Below, piece after piece: positions 60,820 through 64,000 of a DNA stretch of 64,000 nucleotides. The DNA lies in the NCBI GenBank assembly GCA_963730185.1, contig CAVSQW010000006.1, positions 416,001 through 480,000 on the forward strand. The letters are read 5' to 3'. Under the pieces are notes generated by a model that ran no database searches, was not told the DNA's origin, and was given only the letters and a program-made list of their open reading frames with translations. Position 1 is the first letter of the stretch. Each line of letters opens with the position of its first letter. The stretch is from an uncultured Gemmatimonadales bacterium (GTDB taxonomy: Bacteria > Gemmatimonadota > Gemmatimonadetes > Gemmatimonadales > GWC2-71-9). A program made the position numbers and the translations under genes.

Positions 60820-61521
60820 ATGAACCCGCTCGACTTCTCCCGGTTCGAGGCGCTGACCTTCGACTGTTACGGCACCCTGATCGACTGGGAACGGGGTCTC
60901 CTCGAGGCCCTCCATGCCGTGCTGCGGCGGCACGACCGGCACCGCCCGGACGACGAGCTCCTGACCCTGTTCGGAGAGCTCGAATCGCCGATCCAGCAGG
61001 GGCCGTTCCGGCGGTACCGTGCGGTGCTCCGCGAGACCATGCGGCAGCTGGCCGAGCGGCTCGACTTCGAGCCCACGCCGGCCGACCTCGACGCGCTCGC
61101 CGCTTCACTCCCCGACTGGCCGCCCTTCCCCGACACGGTCGCGGCCCTGCGGCGGCTGAGCGGCCGCTATCGCCTCGGGATCATCTCCAACGTCGACGAC
61201 GACCTCTTCGCCGGCACCAAGCGGCACCTGAAGACCGAGTTTTCCTGGGTGATTACGGCCGAACAGGTGGGAACCTACAAGCCCGCCAGAAACAACTTCC
61301 ATCGGGCCCTCGAGCGAATCGGCTTACCCTGGGACCACGTGCTCCACGCGGCCCAAAGCCTCTACCACGACATCGGCCCGGCCCGGTCGCTCGGGCTGGC
61401 CACCGTGTGGGTCAACCGCCGGGCCGGGCGAAGCGGCGGCGGAGCGACGCCCACCGCCGCGGCCCAACCCGATCTCGAAGTGCCGGACCTCGCCACCCTG
61501 GCGAACCTGGCCGGCACCTGA
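60820..61521 (+). CDS. HAD-superfamily hydrolase, haloacid dehalogenase type II-like
   Basis: FDCYGTLIDWE, ISNVD, YKP, AQSLYHD. Confidence 0.9.
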   Translation: MNPLDFSRFEALTFDCYGTLIDWERGLLEALHAVLRRHDRHRPDDELLTLFGELESPIQQGPFRRYRAVLRETMRQLAERLDFEPTPADLDALAASLPDWPPFPDTVAALRRLSGRYRLGIISNVDDDLFAGTKRHLKTEFSWVITAEQVGTYKPARNNFHRALERIGLPWDHVLHAAQSLYHDIGPARSLGLATVWVNRRAGRSGGGATPTAAAQPDLEVPDLATLANLAGT

Positions 61522-61525
61522 GGTC

Positions 61526-61756
61526 TCAGGCGCCGTTCTTGCCCTTGACGAACCGGTAGAGGAGCAGAATCACAATGGCTCCGACGACGGAGGCAAGGAA
61601 CCCCACCCGACCGCCGAAAAGAAACGAGCCCAGCCACGAGCCCGCGATGCCGAGCAGCGTGGTCATGATGAAGCCGCCCGGATCCTTCCCCGGCATCAGG
61701 AACTTGGCCACGACCCCGATGCAGAACCCGATCAGAATGGTCCAGATCAAGCCCAC
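61526..61756 (-). CDS. GlsB/YeaQ/YmgE family membrane protein
   Basis: IG...G..AKFLMPGKDPGG...T.LLGIAGS..G, VVGAIVILLLYR; GTG after GGGAGG. Confidence 0.88.
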   Translation of the reverse strand: MGLIWTILIGFCIGVVAKFLMPGKDPGGFIMTTLLGIAGSWLGSFLFGGRVGFLASVVGAIVILLLYRFVKGKNGA

Positions 61757-61872
61757 GTGTCCCTCCCGGCAGAGTGATTGACGTCCTCGGAACGCCCTGC
61801 CAATACGAAGCTGGCGCCAAATGGTGTCAACCGTGTCCACCGGGACCTCGGCGGCCGGTCTGGTCGGAGGAT

Positions 61873-61904
61873 GGCCCCTCGGGGCCGGCCGTCCCCGAGG
61901 GGCC
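61873..61904 (-). terminator. GC-rich hairpin downstream of the ABC permease
   Basis: GGCCCCTCGGGG / CCCCGAGGGGCC 12-bp stem; weak or absent U-tract. Confidence 0.35.
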
Positions 61905-61955
61905 GACTTCCCGATCCGGGCACCGCCGGCGGACCGAGCGGCCTGACGCCGAGCC

Positions 61956-64000
61956 TCAGTCCGTCCGGAGCACCTCCAGGGGGTCGACCCGGGTCGCCCG
62001 GCGGGCCGGGATCCAGGTGGCCACCAACGCGGCCAGGCCGATCAGCCCGGCCACCCCGAGATAGGTGGGCCAGTCCAGCGGCGTCACCCCGTGGAGCATC
62101 GCCGCCATGAACCGGGTCAGGCCCAACGCTCCCGCGGTGCCGATCGCGATGCCCGCCATCGCGAGGGCGAGCCCCGACCGCACCACCCCGCTCCGCACCC
62201 GGCTCGGCGCGGCGCCGAGCGCCAACCGGATGCCCAGCTCACGACGCCGGCGGGCGACGTCGACCAGCAGCACCCCCGCCACACCGGCCGTCGCGAGCAG
62301 CAGCGCGGCGACCGAGAACCCGGCCAGCACCGCGAACGTCACCCGGTCCTGCCCCATCGACTCGGCGACCTCTCGATCCATCGACACCAGATCGTACACC
62401 GGCACGAACCGGTCCTCGGACCAGACCGCGTCACGGATCAGTGGCTGCAAGACGTCCGGCGCGGCCGCGGACCGGACCAGGACGTCCATCCGCCCTCCGA
62501 CCGGATCGGGGAAGTAGATCGTGGGTCGAACCGGCACCGCCGGCCCGGAGAAGGCCACGTCACCGACGACGCCCGCCACCCGGGCTCGGATTCCGCCGTT
62601 CAAGCGGATGTCGACCGCGCGGCCCACCGCGCGTCCGCCGCCGAACAGCAGCCGGGCCCCGGTCTGGTTGATCAGAATTGCGGGCTCGCTCCCCGGCGCG
62701 GGCATCGAGTCGAAGATCCGACCGGCGACCAACGCGATCCGGAGGACGCGGAAGTAACCCGGCGAAGCCCAGATCACGTCCGTCCCGGGCGCATCCGCCT
62801 GGTCGATGCGGCCGTCGGCCGGGAGGACCGTGGTGGCGACGTCGCTGACCCCAAGGGGCCTCCGCGACGCGAGCCCCACGTCGCGTACCCCAGGAAGGGC
62901 TCGGAGCCGGTCGGCGAGATCGAGATAGAACCGGTGCCGGGCCGGGCCGTCGTACCGTTCGGACGGGACGAACAGCCGGAAGGTCGTCACCTGATCGGCC
63001 TGGAAACCGAGATCGGCGGCGCGGAGCGCCAGAAAGCTCCGCATGGCGAGACCTGCCGCTACGGTCAGCATCAACGCGAGCGCCACTTCCGCCACCACCA
63101 ACCCACCGCTCAGCCCCCGCGCGGTGCCCCGGCCCCCACCGCCGGCCTCCAGCCAGTCCCGAAGTCCGCGCTTCGGCATCCGGAGCGCGGGCAGCGTACC
63201 GGCCAGAAGCGTCGCTCCGAGCGTCACGATCAGCGCGAAGCCCAGCACCACCCCATCCACCCGAATGTCGCCCGCCCTCGGCAGATCGGCCGGTCGCACC
63301 GCCAGGATACCTCGGACGCCGAGCCAGGCGAGCAGCCCACCGAGCGGCGCGGCCAGGGCCCCGATCGCCAGGCTCTCCACCACCAGCTGCCGGGCCAGGC
63401 GACCCCGGCCCGCGCCCAGCGCCAGCCGCAGCGCCAGCTCACCGGAGCGGCGACGGAGCCGGGCCAGAAGCAGGTTCACGATGTTCACCACGGTCGTGGC
63501 CAGGAGGCCGGCGACCGCCACCATCAGGACCAGCAGGGCCGGCCGGACGTGCCCGGTGACCTGCTCGCGAAGCCCCACCAGATCGGCTGACCAGCGCCGG
63601 CTCGCCGGATCCTCCCGCACCCGCTCGGCGGCCACCAGCACGAGCTGCTCCCGGGCCCGCTCGAGGGGCACACCGGCCCGCACCCGGCCCAGGACCAGCA
63701 GGAAGGGCCCCCAACCGCGGTTCTGCTCGGTGGGGCTGAAGGGAACCCAGTACTGCTGGGCCGAGCTAAGCCAGCCGAAGGCCGGCGGATCGAAGCCGCG
63801 GGGCATCACCCCGACCACCGTGAAGCGGCCGTCGTCGAAGCGCACGTCGCGGCCGATCACCGCCGAGTCGGCCCCGAAGGCCTCCCGCCAGAGCCCGTCG
63901 CTCAAAACGATTACCCGTTCGCTCGCCGCACCTTCACGCTCGGTGAATCCGCGCCCCAGCGACGGATGGACACCGAGCACGTCGAACCACGCGGGCGAAA
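61956..64000 (-). CDS. Duplicated MacB/FtsX-type ABC permease (ADOP-like), 5' end outside the window
   Basis: ELALRLALGAGRGRL, EVALAL.L, RRRELGIRLALGA, PARRATRVDPLEVLR. Confidence 0.9.
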   Translation of the reverse strand, partial: SPAWFDVLGVHPSLGRGFTEREGAASERVIVLSDGLWREAFGADSAVIGRDVRFDDGRFTVVGVMPRGFDPPAFGWLSSAQQYWVPFSPTEQNRGWGPFLLVLGRVRAGVPLERAREQLVLVAAERVREDPASRRWSADLVGLREQVTGHVRPALLVLMVAVAGLLATTVVNIVNLLLARLRRRSGELALRLALGAGRGRLARQLVVESLAIGALAAPLGGLLAWLGVRGILAVRPADLPRAGDIRVDGVVLGFALIVTLGATLLAGTLPALRMPKRGLRDWLEAGGGGRGTARGLSGGLVVAEVALALMLTVAAGLAMRSFLALRAADLGFQADQVTTFRLFVPSERYDGPARHRFYLDLADRLRALPGVRDVGLASRRPLGVSDVATTVLPADGRIDQADAPGTDVIWASPGYFRVLRIALVAGRIFDSMPAPGSEPAILINQTGARLLFGGGRAVGRAVDIRLNGGIRARVAGVVGDVAFSGPAVPVRPTIYFPDPVGGRMDVLVRSAAAPDVLQPLIRDAVWSEDRFVPVYDLVSMDREVAESMGQDRVTFAVLAGFSVAALLLATAGVAGVLLVDVARRRRELGIRLALGAAPSRVRSGVVRSGLALAMAGIAIGTAGALGLTRFMAAMLHGVTPLDWPTYLGVAGLIGLAALVATWIPARRATRVDPLEVLRTD

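Overview
GC-rich bacterial window that is almost entirely protein-coding. The gene content (PadR plus duplicated ABC permeases, TPR Ser/Thr kinase, many secreted hydrolases) suggests Gemmatimonadota or Acidobacteriota, but this is inference only. I saw no rRNA, tRNA, CRISPR array or transposase. The main finding is at the left end: a tightly coupled operon encoding a two-subunit B12-dependent acyl-CoA mutase, an acyl-CoA ligase, a 3-aminobutyryl-CoA ammonia-lyase (Kal) homologue and a MeaB-type GTPase, followed by a secreted alpha-amino acid ester hydrolase. The mutase has a non-MCM, HCM-like active-site signature (RQV / STDFD / AQNE). About 3 kb beyond the GTPase gene is a dgdR-dgdA (2,2-dialkylglycine decarboxylase) pair. 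Together these suggest an apparently undescribed B12-dependent route for 2-aminoisobutyrate (Aib): Aib -> Aib-CoA -> 3-aminobutyryl-CoA -> crotonyl-CoA + NH3, possibly within a peptaibol-scavenging locus. The rest is an assortment of peptidases, amidohydrolases, glycoside hydrolases and transporters. Other oddities are an internally deleted aqpZ, a racemase homologue lacking both catalytic Cys, an NSS transporter flanked by two paralogous 45-aa membrane peptides, and several single-base frameshifts that are probably assembly errors. All family assignments come from recalled motifs; no database searches were run.
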